Assembly (NCBI GenBank): GCA_050273025.1
Contig: CP158635.1
Location: forward strand, 7,006,001-7,070,000
Source of the DNA: Cenococcum geophilum
Taxonomy: Eukaryota
Direction of reading: 5' to 3'
Length of the DNA stretch: 64,000 bases
Shown: in pieces, positions 41,501 through 55,200 of the stretch
Layout of the letters: each line of letters begins with the position of its first letter
Position numbering within the stretch: position 1 is the first letter of the stretch
Notes under the pieces: model-generated
Told to the model about the DNA's origin: nothing
Seen by the model: only the letters and a program-made list of their open reading frames with translations
The model's database searches: none
Position numbers and translations under genes: made by a program

Positions 41501-42389
41501 AACTAGCAGGATCCCTAGTATCCCATGCTTTTATTTGCGGGGTTGTCAGTATAGCATAAAAGTTGAGCTATATCTTCTCAGGTCCAAATTAGCTGTCTGT
41601 ATGCGATTTCGATGAAATTCCTGTATAGCTCAAGCTAATGTCTGTTGAAAATGTTCCAAGGTAACATCCAGTGCCAACCAATGTGTGTGTCCAGGTTTCA
41701 GAAGCCTAGAATTGGGTCTGTACGGCCAGACTGGATACTTATGCTCCGGAGTACCAGTAATATCTATCGTAAAAGGTGTATCCTAGCCTTGCTATCCTCG
41801 CAGACTTCCCCTAGTGTTATGGCGGCCATCTTATTTTCCCTAAATATTTCCCTACGAATTTGAATTGCGGGTTCCTTTTCCGAGTAGTACTTCAATCCAT
41901 CAATAACTAATCTGTCCGCATTGTAACAATTGAATTTTGGTCGTTGAATCTGCGCGTAGCTACGAAAATATCCTAGGCGGTCGGGAGGTAGCATTTATTA
42001 CAGTAAGCTAAATCTTTGCAGCGGAGGTTGATGCAGAGCTCCGCGAGGGACCGTATCGGAAATCAGGGAGTGGGATCTGGCAGATGCGGTAGCCGACGGA
42101 GGAGCTGGTCGGACTTGTAGAAGTACCGTCGAACGCGCCGTAGTCTTCTCGATACAACAGGCCGCACCAGGGATAGTCAATTTCAGTGCTAGAAGCATTG
42201 GAATGGTATGAAGCTGGCGAGATAATTGTCGATGAGGAACAGCATGCTGACATAAAATAACAGTGACTTCGGGTTTTCTTTTTCGAGCTAACCGAGATCT
42301 ACGGCGCCTGCACCAGTCACTGACGTCCCCATTCCTCGACTGGCCTTCTGACCAATAGTTCTAAGAACTTTAGAAATGGCTGAGATCTG

Positions 42390-42662
42390 TAGTAAGTATT
42401 TCTACTATTATACTTCCTATATATACTATAAAGTATCCTTATTCTATAAACTTATCTACTATAACTAGTGTCGCGTTATATTCTTACTATTTATATAACT
42501 ATAAGTTAGACTTACTATTAAAAATAAAGATTTACTTATTATAATATAGAACTACTAGTATATGAGGTGGATATATATAAAGGATAAGAAAAGTTTAAGT
42601 AAAAAGTTTAAAAAGTTATTAACTATAAGGAGGTAAATAAGTAACTACAGTATAAAGTTAAA
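42390..42662 (+). mobile_element. Host Gypsy relic, left part (integrase end / chromodomain N-half)
   Basis: Reads ...KVINYKEVNK*LQYKVK and continues LLGYKET at 48761 once the Helitron is removed, giving a chromodomain-like YKVKWxGY. Confidence 0.6.
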
Positions 42663-44719
42663 CTAGGAGGAAATCCAATCTACCACCTCGCGTAGCGAGG
42701 TGGCGTCTCGCTGTCTTAACTCAGGTGGCCTTTCGCTGTTATAATAATCGCGTAATATAGATTTACATAATTAATTACGTAATGTATATTAACAATAGCT
42801 ATTTACATTATCGTTATTATCGTCTTTTTCTTTAAGCAATAGTACTAGCACTACTATTACTACTATCACTACTACCACCGCTACTGCTGCCGCTCCTGCT
42901 TCTGCTCCCACTGCTACTATCACCGCCGCCACTATTACCACTACCATATTACAAAAGCAAAACTTCTGGATATATAATATTGTCCATTTCTATTTAATTT
43001 AGAGGAAGTAGTACCGAAATACTATTTACGGTAGTAACCCGAGACAGTGCAATATAGAGCTAGCCGTGTATAAAAACCAGTATCCGTAAATCAACGCCTA
43101 TAAAGTTAAAAGACTAACCCTATAACTTATTTACGGTCATTATAAAAGATAAACGGATAGGAAACTGCCGTTAATTAATAATAAACGGTAGCTTACCTTC
43201 CGTAAAAGACAGTATAATCTACAGGATAACCTATAGCTGGTTAGCGAAGGTGCTACTAAGAATATGGGCTTTAAGACAGCAGCGGCCTATCTGGGTAAGA
43301 ACTATACGGGTACTGTTATAGAGGCCCTCTTTAGGATATAGGTTCCGTAAAAGGATTATTAAAGCGCTAACCTTAAGGCAGAGCTGTGTGGAAGAAAGGT
43401 ATATAGGGTTAAAGCTCTATAAAAGCTTTAGGGGGAAAGTACTTTCGGTATTTAGATCGTCCTATTATATAGTATCTATAGAATAAAAAACGGACTTAGG
43501 GCTATTAAGAAAGTAGAGGATGGTGTTATTAATAGTAGCAACAGTGTCGTTACGGATAGTTAAGATAGCACGGCTGTAGAACGTATAGAGATTAGTATAC
43601 GCCTACTGTAAAAAAGTGGGAGGGTAAACGGAGTTGATAAAAGGCTATAGACTGGTAAACTAGGCGATACTAATAGGTAACTAGATACGACTAGTAAGAG
43701 TAGGGTTATAAGAAAGACTACAGACCTAGGTAGTAAAGTATTAATTTAGCTCGCCGTTTAAAACGCGGATATTCTAGCGTAGCGATAAAATACGGAGGGA
43801 AGGCTATAAGAAGGACTGCCGTAAGTAGGCCGCAATAACATTAGCATAGGTCCCCCGTTTTATAACAGGGAGAATCTAAGCAAAATTACTACCTAAAATA
43901 ACGCGAACGCCGCTAAAAGGAGCCTAGGTATTAGAACGGACGTCTATAAGTATATAGTGCACAGCTTTAAAGCAGTAACGGTGCTATATTAGCACTTTAT
44001 CCTAAATTATAAGGGCAATAGAGCGCAGTAACTACGCTAGCTAGGAGTCTTTAGGTACGTTATATACGGATTCCTTATATAAATTAATAGGAATACAAAA
44101 ATAGGAGTGGGTAGTTCGGCCGCCAGGTAGTAAAAGGGCAGATATGCTAGAAGAGGCGATATAAAGAACAATGCGGCCGCGAGAGCGGTAGTAGTGGCAG
44201 ATATAGCGGTAAAGAAAGGTTTTACTGGTGCCTATAGGGCCCTATAGGAAAAAACGAGCGTTCTGCGGGTCTGTATCTATAGTAGTAGTAACTATAGTAA
44301 AGTAGGCAGCCTAGTTAGAATTTAGCTAGGAACGCAGCTCTGTAAAAAGGCGGCCTTCCTTAGTAGTGCTATAATTAAGCTCTATAGTAATAAGCGGGTT
44401 ACTATCTATAAGGTCCTAGCGGTGCTGTAGTAAAGGCAGAAAGTAATCTATAAGAGTTTTGCTATAGTCTGTAAGCACCCGCTAGATAAGATATAGGCTG
44501 TAATCCAGATATACATCGTTAATACTACCTAGAAGATTAGGCCGACGCTCTAAAACATAAGGGAGATTATTATAGAGAGACGGCTTAAATTTCGCCTAAA
44601 GGGTAGGAGGGTCGCTTACGGGGCTATAGACTAAAGAAGTTATAAAAAGAGACCGCAGCTAGGCGCTAGTAGCGAATACGGATACTTCCTATAGGCAGTT
44701 AACCCACTCTTAGTTATTA

Positions 44720-45738
44720 GTAGTAAGTTCTTTAATTAACGTCTAATACGGATCCTATCTAGGCCCACGCAGACTACTCTATACATAAGGGAAACTTATA
44801 AATTAATAAGAAGAAAACCCTTGTTGATATAGGGGACGGAAAAACCCTATGAGCCACCTCAGTAGGATGAAAAACCCCTGTTTTGCCATGTCCGTCCGTA
44901 GCGGCGGCCCTACGGGCCTACGGCTACGTCCTGTCCTCCTTAGATAATTTAAACTCCTTAGGAACCACTGCTTCCTTCTCTAGCTTATCTAAAGCTAGGG
45001 TTCACTACGTCCTAGCTAGGCCTTACCAATCGATTGCTATGCTTATAGTTGTGTCCTGTATCTTAACCACCCCCTATATGCTATCTCTTATTAACCATTA
45101 CTATATACGCCATGCCTCCCCCCCCCTAGGCCTATTAAAGGCGTAAGGGGGATTTATCCGCTTTAACTACCTAATACTAAATAGCGAGCGGGATGTGTAT
45201 GTGTGTACTCTGGGTATCTTTTATGCCTAGGCCCTGGTTGCTAGGCCCTCTCTAAGGGTTACCACTCCATTAAGAGGAGACGAGGAAAACCATGTCTTAT
45301 GATCCGGCTGCCAGTTAGTACGGTAGTAAGGCGGCGAGTAACCGCATGCTCCGCGGGCGATTGCCCTAGGGGTTAGGAGGGGCCGTATATTTGCTCGTTC
45401 GTTCGTTCGTTCACGTTTGCTTATTTGTTAATATAAGGTCGTTAATGCTTTCTACTAGGGGACGGGGGATAATATCGAATACCGCGCATCCATGTTAGAT
45501 CGTATAGGTGCCCTAGATAGGAGAACAGCGTAGTAGTCGTCGTATTGTAGAGAGCCAACAGTAGTAGTTTTTAAGATCTTACCATCTAAAAAATTTTCAC
45601 CACCGCCCTTAACGCCTACAACCACCACCGGTCCTATCCGCACGCTGTGCGACGTCTCTGCGTTGGCTCTAGATCTGAACTTCGAAGACCAGGTTCGTAG
45701 CCGTCACCACGTACAGGTGCAGAGTCCGATTTCGACGG
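44720..45738 (-). mobile_element. Non-autonomous non-LTR retroposon (SINE/SIDE-like, ~1019 bp) inserted in the Helitron
   Basis: 17-bp direct repeat CCCACTCTTAGTTATTA at 44703-44719 and 45739-45755. The Helitron frame rejoins on removal. The 3' end is ...CTTACTAC (TAC-type tail), and no convincing protein-coding ORF is present. Confidence 0.85.
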
Positions 45739-45740
45739 CC
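45656..45740 (-). ncRNA. Candidate HDV-like self-cleaving ribozyme at the retroposon 5' end
   Basis: Manual fold: P1 GGCCGUC/GACGGCU (G1-U wobble), P2 CUCUGC/GCAGAG, P3 ACC/GGU, L3 UGUACGU, P1.1 GU/AC, P4 CUGG-UCU/AGA-U-CUAG, J4/2 GCCAA(C); 85 nt. Confidence 0.72.
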
Positions 45741-48700
45741 CACTCTTAGTTATTATTAAGGAGCCCTAAAACCATATAAGCGGCTTAAAAGGTTAGGTAA
45801 ATAGTACTAGCGATAGTACGGAGGTACTTAAAAGAGGTAGCGCCAGAAATAACGGTAAGTAGCAGCTATAAATAATACCGTTTGCTAGTAATGGGGCTAC
45901 AGTAATATATACGGCCGATAATAGTATCCTTTAGGCGGACGTAGCGCTACTATTAGCGTATTTTTGCTATAAAGGTATATCTATAAGGGAAGTCCTAATA
46001 AAGCGTAGCACGACCATCCGCATTTTTAGAGTTGTACTAAAACTAAGCAGTTAAAGTTAAATAGGCTATTTTAAGATGCTGTTATAGGTCCTTTATAGAC
46101 TTATCTAGCTAAAAATAAACGGGCTATTAGCCGGGAAGGTATACGGTAAGCTATATTATGGGGGGGTATTCCTTATAAACTAGGAACTTAAATAGCCGCC
46201 AGACGGCCTCTATAGGGCCAATATATTTGCTATAAAAGTACCTACTAATTTTGTCGTTATTATTTAAGAGCTATACGGTTGTTTAGTTAGTCCCCTTATA
46301 AATATACTTATAGATATACTTTACGGCCTATACGAAGGTATAGACCTCGACGTTAATATAGGCCCTATACTTTACGCTAAAATAGGGATTGTATAGTATA
46401 ACCTAGCGGTTATTAAGGTTTATAGTAGTACTATTACCGCCTAGTATACGGACAGGCTATAACCGTAAATTATTACGGCGGTAATACTAAGGGTAACTAT
46501 TGTTATGTACGGCCATTGCGGGGCAGAATGGCTTTAGAAATCGCTTTAAGTAGGTTAGCGGACGGCTATAAGTACCAGCAACTATATAGGGGGCGTTTAG
46601 GTTATTAGTACCGTAAGGCCTATAGACTATTATAGTCTGTATAATATTGGTAAGCCGTCTAATAGGGTTATCCTAAGGCTATAGGAGCTCTATAGATACG
46701 TAATAGTTAATAACTATAAGATCTATTAACATATTACGGTCCTCCAGATGTAAAAAAAGAAGAAGGTAAAGATGTAGTAGGCACCGTTTTTAATATTTAA
46801 TAGTCTAAACGCAGCTAAGAAATCTACTAAAAATCTAGTTTTTCTTAAGGTTATATAGAAGGTGGATAACCTTTATATAAAAGACACGGGTAACCAAATT
46901 AGGGTGGTTAATAGCGGTTTAGAAAGGTAAAAGTTTATAGGTAATTTCGTCCTACTATAAATTGGCCATAAAAGTAATAAATAGGCTTAGACGGCCGTAA
47001 TGGCGGACTATTACTATAGAATCTTAGTAGCACTGGCCGATAAAGCGGGCGCTGCTAAGGTAACTTAAAGGAAGAATAACGCGGTGGCTAATAAAATTAG
47101 GGTTAAAATTTCTGTAAGAGATAGTATCCATAATACCGTTATATAGGTCCGCATGGATATTAGACTGGTAAAAACAGATCTAGTTAAGCTTATTCTGGTT
47201 ATATAGGGCTTAGGCATTAATAATATACTACTAAAATAGGCGCCGAAAGGCGAACGGCACTAATTTAGAGCTGTTATAGACGTAAAGGTAAAACTAAAAG
47301 TAAGCTCGCTAGGGAAGGCGGTTATACTAGCGGGTATAGGAATTACTATAGAGCTACATACCCCAGTGCCAGCTAGGGTTGCTATAAGGAAAGAGTAGCA
47401 CGTAGTATAGCGGTATATAGGTAGCATAGTTTAAGTTAATACGGTAGTACCGCGGGGGCTCCTTAAGCTAGCTATGGTTAGTAAGAATAATATTGCGGAA
47501 GCTAGCGCTTTTATACTTATTAGGAATAATAATAGCAACCTTAGTAGCCGTAGGTAGATTTTTACGGCGCCAATTAGCGCCCGCCTTAACGATTAGCTAT
47601 ATTTATAGGTTTAGAATAATCCGTAACGGAGTAGACGTAGCTTACGCCTACGCCTACGCCTAAAGCCGTTCTATGGCGGTTTGGTATAAAGTAATAAAAG
47701 GATTGCTAATCTTATATAGCATATCAGTAAGACGCCGTAAAACCTCTATATTAAGCTACGGATTAGTCTATAGACAGATATTAATAGCGTAGGTAGGGTT
47801 GTAAAAGTAAAGCTAAGTATATTAAGGTATAGCTTTAGAGGGAGCTTCTATAGGCCTAGTAAGGTGGTATAATTCGCTATAAATCTAGAAACAATTAATA
47901 CCGGCCGAAGTAGCGCCACAATTAGTAATAGTGTAGTTAATAGAGGTAAAAGCCAAAGCCGTATTATATAAACGGAGCTAGTTCTAAAACGTACGGGTAA
48001 AGCGTTCCCGGGACTGTAGTAGGGTCTATAAATACTACGGCAGGGATCTAAATAAAGGTAAGATAATATTGCCTTACTTACAGCAGCTCTTAAAGTAAGG
48101 CTATTTAGCCTACGTAGAACCAATCCGTTTATCTATTTAGTATAAAGCTTAGCAGTAATTATAGGCTGTATTTATAGGCCTAATATCTAACTAGTCTATA
48201 ATAGGGTGGACTATAATAATAGCGGCTATACTTATAGGCCTAATATCTAACTAGTCCGTAATAGGGCGGGCTATAGTAGGTTATAGCTAGATTAATACGG
48301 GTGGTATAAGGAGGCGGGAAGTAGAGGAAGAAGTAGTAGCGGAAGTAGCGGTAGAAGCAGCGGTAGGCTGCCAAAGGTCTGCTAAAGATCGTCAGGACCG
48401 CCCCTTTCTTTTCTCCTATATATAGAGAGTTAGAAAGGCAATTAAAAAGAAGGGAAAAAAGTATTAACCTTATAAGGTTTACAGGTCTTATATAGAGCTC
48501 CAAGACGGTTCGTTGCAAAGTCAGTAAAAGAGCGATACTGCTTATAGGCAGTACAAAATATGTAATTAGAAGGCATTTCGGAGGTAGGCAGGGAGTAGTA
48601 TATTAGTAGTAGGTAGGGTATAGTAAACAGGGGGAAGATAGAGAGCAGTAAGGGGTAGAATTTAAAATTTAATAGGGTAGCACGTAAGGGAATCAGGTGA

Positions 48701-48782
48701 CCCGAACATTCTTATAACTAATTAAAAACCGCCAAGCCTCTTCCAACAGTTCTATATAGATTATTAGGTTATAAAGAAACTA

Positions 48783-49202
48783 ACGTATTCCACTAGCGAA
48801 AGCCGCAAATCACCGAGTGTCGCACGTTAAACCCTACTAAAAATTGGGAATTTTATATCTTAATATTTTAACAACCACTTAATAATAAATTCTAATAATT
48901 TATATTTAGACTTTTATATATACTTTATAGCCTATATTAAAGTTATATAGTAATTAGTTAAGTAGTTTTTAAAATATTAAATTTTAGGGGCTAAAATAAG
49001 CCAAATTACTATATCTTAACAACTACTAAACTAATTACTATGCAACTTTAAGATAAGCTGTAAAGTATATATAAAAGTCTAAATATAATTTATTAGAATT
49101 TATTATTAAGTGGTTGTTAAAATATTAAGGTATAAAATTCCCAATTTTTAGTGGGGTTTGACGTGCGACACTCGGGGGTTTACGACTTTCGCTAGTAAAT
49201 AC
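48783..49202. mobile_element. Foldback MITE (~180-bp TIRs, TA|ACGT ends); right tip split by the Gypsy insertion
   Basis: 48783-~48965 is the reverse complement of ~49020-49202. The missing terminal GT|TA is found at 57159-57162, after the Gypsy TSD. Confidence 0.8.
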
Positions 49203-52200
49203 TGTAACGGAACCTTGTAGCAAGAACTACGGTGGGCTCGTTATTAGGCTAGGTGTGTAGGAAATGCAAGTACAAAAGTCAACAACGTAATAACAACTAG
49301 TGGAGTGGTTGCCTAATAGATTAACTCCAATTATATTCTAAGAATTACTATAAGGAAGGAACTATCTAGGTAGGGACTAAGGGTCCTTAAATACACAACC
49401 GTACTCCTAAGAAAGTTATTACTTTATTTGCTCTGTCTGCTCTGTTTACTCTATAATAGATCTTATAGATTATATAGATTATACAAATTATATTACATAA
49501 CTCTACTTACCATTCCTTATTATATGGTTCTACGGGTTCTATCTTAGACCGTACTTATATTAACTAACTAGCTTCTTCTAACTTCTCTCTAAGTAGTCGT
49601 AATATTATACTTAAAGCGTTTATAATACTATCTCCCTCCTTTCTATCTTTGTCCTTAAAGATACCTAGCATCTCTAGGTTATTTACTAGAGGTATAATAT
49701 CCGTCTAATTAATTTAGTTAATATTATTACTTATAATGCCTAAAGCACCTTCTTCTTCCTCTATAGCCCGTTGGTCTTATACCATTACTATAATATTATC
49801 TCTTAGTAAGATAATGCCATCTCCGTGTTCTTATTATATAAAAGAAGGGCTAGTTTACATTACGTTGGCGAGTCCTTTGTCCCGGTAACCTTCCTCTTAT
49901 TTAAAGTATACTAAAGCGAATATTCAGTTATCCTGTAACGTTCGCTCTATCTCTAATATTAAATATACGCGACCTATTACTCTTAATAGTCGTCTAGTTC
50001 CCTAATTAATTTGTTTTAGGGTCTTATGTTTAATCCGAGGCAGAAAGACTTAAGGGTAATCTTGCCGCAGCGCTGGCGGAAGCCTATTATTAATCCGAAG
50101 AATCTGCTCGTGCCCTTAAGGCTTAGCAGTCTGCCTTTATAAAAGTTTAGCGTCTTTAACGCGTTTATAAGAAGGTTTGCTTTAAGGAGTAGAAACTTAT
50201 AGAATAAGGTCTATAGGAACTAGGTAATAAAAGAACGGATTCTCTTCTAATAGAGAAGGAAATAGATCTAAGTAGTTCGGCAACTGCTCTTCTTAGGTCC
50301 CCCTTAGGTAACTTATTCTTTAGCGATCCTTCTTTATTAATACTACCTAACCTAATCTCCTCCGATACTCCTGTACCTTTTTTATAGCATTTTTTAAATT
50401 CTCTAGTAGCTCCTAGGTAGTCTTAGTATAGCCTATCCACTTAACCTTATACTATATCTCGTTATTAATATTCTTATAATTAATAATCTTTAATACTTGC
50501 CATTTATCTTCTTCTTGTCCTCTATATATGTCTGCTTTATAAACTAGTAGCTTAATATTTCTATATACTGGCTCTAGCATTACAATATACTATATAGGGT
50601 AGATCTTCATTTTAGCTGGTAGGTTTAACTTAAATGTAACTAGTGAAATCCTTTATATAATTTTAAAAGGTCTTAGTCTAACACAGTCCAATTTCTTACT
50701 TAGTCGTTAACTCTTAAAATTTTTATGTAGTAGCTATACTTTATCTCCCTCCTTAAGATCTGGTCCCTTAGATCTCTTAGTATTATAGTACTTTTTTATT
50801 CTCTCTTATACTTTCTTTACTAATTCCATAAGGTCTATATAAAGATTTATTAATATCTTTATTCTCTCTTTAGCTATACTACTTATTTTCTTTACTTGCT
50901 GTAGTAATAACAATATTCTTAGCTTATATCCGTAATTTACCTTAAATAGTAATATGCCTATTCCTTCTTAAGGTGTTATATTATACGCAAACTGTATAAC
51001 TAGTAACAGTAATACCCAATTATTCTATGCATAATTAACATAATGCCTTAGATACTATTCTAGCGTCTAATTTAATCTTTCTATTTAACCGTCTATCTAC
51101 GGATAATATGCGGTAGAAGTTGCTGCTTAAACTCCTTGCTCCGCTAAAAACACTTCCTAGAATGCTGCTACGAATCTTAGATCTCTATCTGATATAATTT
51201 TGCTTAGTGCTCCATGTCTTATAAACACTTCTTTAATATAGATTTTAGCGATATCTTCTACTAAGATTTCTTCCGTATATGCTATAAAGTATCCCCACTT
51301 TATAAGCTTGTTTACTATTACTAAGATTATATTATAATCTTATCCAGTAATAGGATCTTTTAATTTTAGTAACTTAATAATAAAGTCCCATAATATAACC
51401 TCCTATAGTCTCTCTAGTATTTTAATAGGTTATAGCCCTCTATATAGCTTATATCTTATCGGTTTGTTCCTTTAGTAATCTAGATATTCCTTTATAACCT
51501 TTCTAGCTATCCTCTAGATTCCGTTAATAATATACTCCTCCTAGAGTCTCGACACTAAGCCTATAGCTTTATTATATCCTTAAGTTAGTCCTTTATAGAA
51601 GTCCTCTATAAATTACTCTGCTATGCTTCTTAGGATATACTTTACTTCTTAATTTTCGTATATATCTATCTGTGGATCTTCTAGCTATACTTCTAGAATT
51701 CTTTATGCCTAAAAGCTTTCTAATATCTTATAAACTTTCTCTAATTCGTCGTCTTCTTAAGTTACTATAATTTTTGGATGATTATACCTAATTAATCCGT
51801 CTGTATCTTTTTGCAATAAAGCCCCTAATAGCTTTTCCTTATTTTATAGTTTAGCTTTACAGCTTAGAGCATCTACCCACGTATTATCTATACCTTTAGT
51901 ATACTAAATCTCAAAATAGTATTCCGTAAGCATCTCTACCCATCTAACCTGTCTTTGGTTAAGTTCCTTTATTATTAGGAATCCTATTAGGTTCTTATAA
52001 TCCGTCTTAACCATAAATAGTTTTTCTATGCCTTATAAGAATACTCTCTATTCCTTTAATGCTGCAACTATACCTAATAACTCCTTATTATAGATGTTAT
52101 AGTTTAACTCTAGTGGTATTATCTTCTAACTATAGTATGCCACTAGGTGCTATCTATCTTAATGCCTTTATATAAAGCACGCCCCTAGTATATAGTCTAA

Positions 52201-55200
52201 TATATCTATTTTTACAACTATCTCTAGTTTTAGTTAATAGATCTTAAGAACTAGCTCCTAGGTAAATAACTCTTTAACTTTCCTAAAGAGTTCTCTTTAC
52301 TCTTCCCCCTATGCCTATAGTTCTTCTTTCTTTATTAACCGCGTAAATAGCTTAATGTCCTTTAACCATTACGCTATAAACCTTTTATAGTAATTGTAAA
52401 ACCCTAGGAACAATCTTAACTATATAACGTTCTCTAGTTCCTACTAATTTACTATAGCCTTAATCTTCTTTAAATCTATACTAAGTTAGCCTAGTTTAAT
52501 AATAAATTTAATAAAATCGGTCTTCCTGGTAAAGAACTTATATTTCTTAATTACTACTAGTATCTATTCTTCTTGTAGTCTCTTTAAGACCCATTTAATA
52601 TATTCCCCGTATTCTTCCTTAGTTATTAAGTAGATAATAATATTATTAAAATATACTATAACAAATTTATCTAAGTATTCTCCTAATATATTATTAATAC
52701 GCTTTTAGAACGTTACTAGTGCGTTTATAAGCCCGAATTGCATAACCAATAGTTTATATAGTCCTTTCTTTAACCTAAAGGCTGCCTTCTATTTATCGCC
52801 TTCCTTAATCCTAATTTAATGGTACGCCTATCTTAGATCTATCTTTATAAAGATTTGCGCATTGCCTATCCTATCTTAGATTTTGCTAATTAAGGGTAAA
52901 GGATACCTATCCTTCCTGGTAATGCTATTTAACTATCTATAGTTAATACACAGCCTTAGTTTACTATTCTTCTTTAGTATAAACAGTACTAGATAACCTG
53001 CTAATAACTGCGATGGTCTAATATATCCCTTTTATAGATTTTCCTAGATAAACTCTTTTAACGCTCTACCTTCTTCTTCAGTAAGCTTGTAGATTGGAAA
53101 GAACTTTAGACTTATTCCTAGTTCTAACTCTATTTTATAGTTCTATGCTATATATTCTAATAGCTTCTTACTTTCCGGTAACTATAGTTTCTTACCGTAC
53201 TTATAGTATCTCTTTAGTATATAGCTTAGTCCTTTTTCTGTTTCTTTATAGGTTGCTCCTACTTAGTACTATACTAACTTAGCTTATTATTATATCTTGC
53301 GGCATTAAGTATCTCTAATATCGACCTAACCTGTAATCTAATTAATCCTCGGATTATATTCCTATAACTAAGGCATACCTAATACTGCCTCGTCCCGTCC
53401 TAATAGTAGGATATTAAAAGACATCTTAATTTATCTTTCTTTAATAGTTATCTAAATAGGTCCTATTTTAAGACTAATAATCCCTCCTCTATAGGTTATT
53501 AGATCTCCTAAAATTATAACTAATAGGTAAGGTTACTTCTTTTATCTATAAGGTAGCCCCATTCTCTTAACTACTGCTAGTAAGATATAGTTTTACGTTA
53601 CTCTACTATCTATTAGCGCTTTAAACTACTAATCTTACTAATTAATCTGTAAATTTAGGTATTATCCTTAAATTCCTTTAAAGGTCTAAGGCTTTACCAC
53701 TAGCTCCCTCTAGTCCTATAGGCCTCTACTTTTTCTAACTATTAGCTACTTAATCCTAGTATACTTAGCTCGCTTTTTAGCTAATACCTAGTTCGCTTTT
53801 TATCTTTAATATACTATAGATATATATTTTCTAGGCATTCCTACTACTGTCGTCCGTCTAAGTATTTTTCTATAAGGAATCTTCCTAGTTAAAGTACTAA
53901 ACTTCCTTCCTCTTAGATTTCTATTGGATGCTATCCGTGTATATATTTAGCATTCCTATACTATTACTTATCCGTCATCTAGTACATCCTTATAGGGTAT
54001 TTCTAATTCTTTTCTTTTGGATTCTTATATATTTTATATATATCGTCTATGTACGCGATCTATAATAACGTGTGGTATACTAGGTACTTTAGGTTAACTC
54101 TTAGCTTATCTTTATCCTTAAGTTTAAACCTTTATTATACTAATCTAAACGTTACAACTTTATTTATAGGTACTAAGATGCGCCTCTTACTTCTCTAGTC
54201 CTCTAAATATTCCTTTAGATCCTTTAATGTTATAATTAAGGCTCCTTTAATATACGTTATAGCCTTCTCTATAATTAGGTGGTCCTAGATAACTTTTTTA
54301 TCCAACTATATATAGAAATCTTCCTACTTATTATTATGCCTTTGCCTATACTACTTTTGGTACAGCTGCTAGAGTATATATAGTCTATCTATAAGGAAGT
54401 ATCTTCTTATTGCTATATTGTGACAGCCTTTTATATATCGTTCCTCGAACCTAGTTAAAATCCCTAAATCCTCTTTATCTTCTAGTTTAGTAAGCCACTT
54501 AGCTCTTAGTATGCCTGCTCTTAGCCTATTAGTGATTCTTTATACTAGTGCTCTGTCCTTTATACGTCCTAATGTGCTAGATCTCTTATCTAGTTTCTAT
54601 TCTTACTATATGATAATTCTTTACCTAAACTCTTTTATAATTTCTTTTAGTTTACGCCTTATGCTCTAATCCTTAAAGTTATCTTACTTCTTAATCCTAG
54701 TATTAACTTTTTAATCTTTAGTCTAAACACTTTATTTAACTAGTAAATCCTCTAGGTCTATATATTCGTCTCTTAGTCTAATTACTATTTATGCCGCAGA
54801 TTCTCTAATCTATAAAGAAGCCTCTGGCCTCTTATCTGTGGGTGTCCTAATTTATACCCTAAATTCTTAACCCCTTAGGTTCTTTAATCCCAAGCTTGCT
54901 TCTGACTTAAGCTTAGCTTTAGCCTTAGTCCAACTAGGCTTACTTAGTGTCCTTATCTTGTCTTAAGAGTCCTAGATCTTACTTATCTTATCTTAAGAAT
55001 TTTATGCTATTAGGAATTCTTATCCCGAGCTTATTTATATGTCTTTAAACTAAGCCGCTACTTTACTCTATCGGTTTCTGTTCGTTGTGGGTTCTTAAGC
55101 TTACCTTATCTTATCTTAAGAATCTTAGTTATCTCTTATCTTATCTTAAGAATCTTAAGCCTTTGGCCTTTTGCCTTTATTAAGTGCCGAAGTAGTTTAC

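Larger units (their letters stand above)
42663..48760 (-). mobile_element. RIP-inactivated full-length Helitron (Rep-PIF1 helicase)
   Basis: 5' A|TC at 48760. 3' hairpin CCACCTCGC-NNN-GCGAGGTGG (42683-42703) then CTAG|T. Rep motifs TIKY*KRCLLHLYLLL (EYQKRGLPHxH) and KYIYKG. Helicase GPIGTSKT and RQFPIRLSFIMTVNK..HG*LYIALSRV. Confidence 0.92.

Noticed and set aside
41645..42253. Short minus-strand ORFs beside the TE block
   Set aside because: They are interrupted by stops and frameshifts, with no identifiable family.
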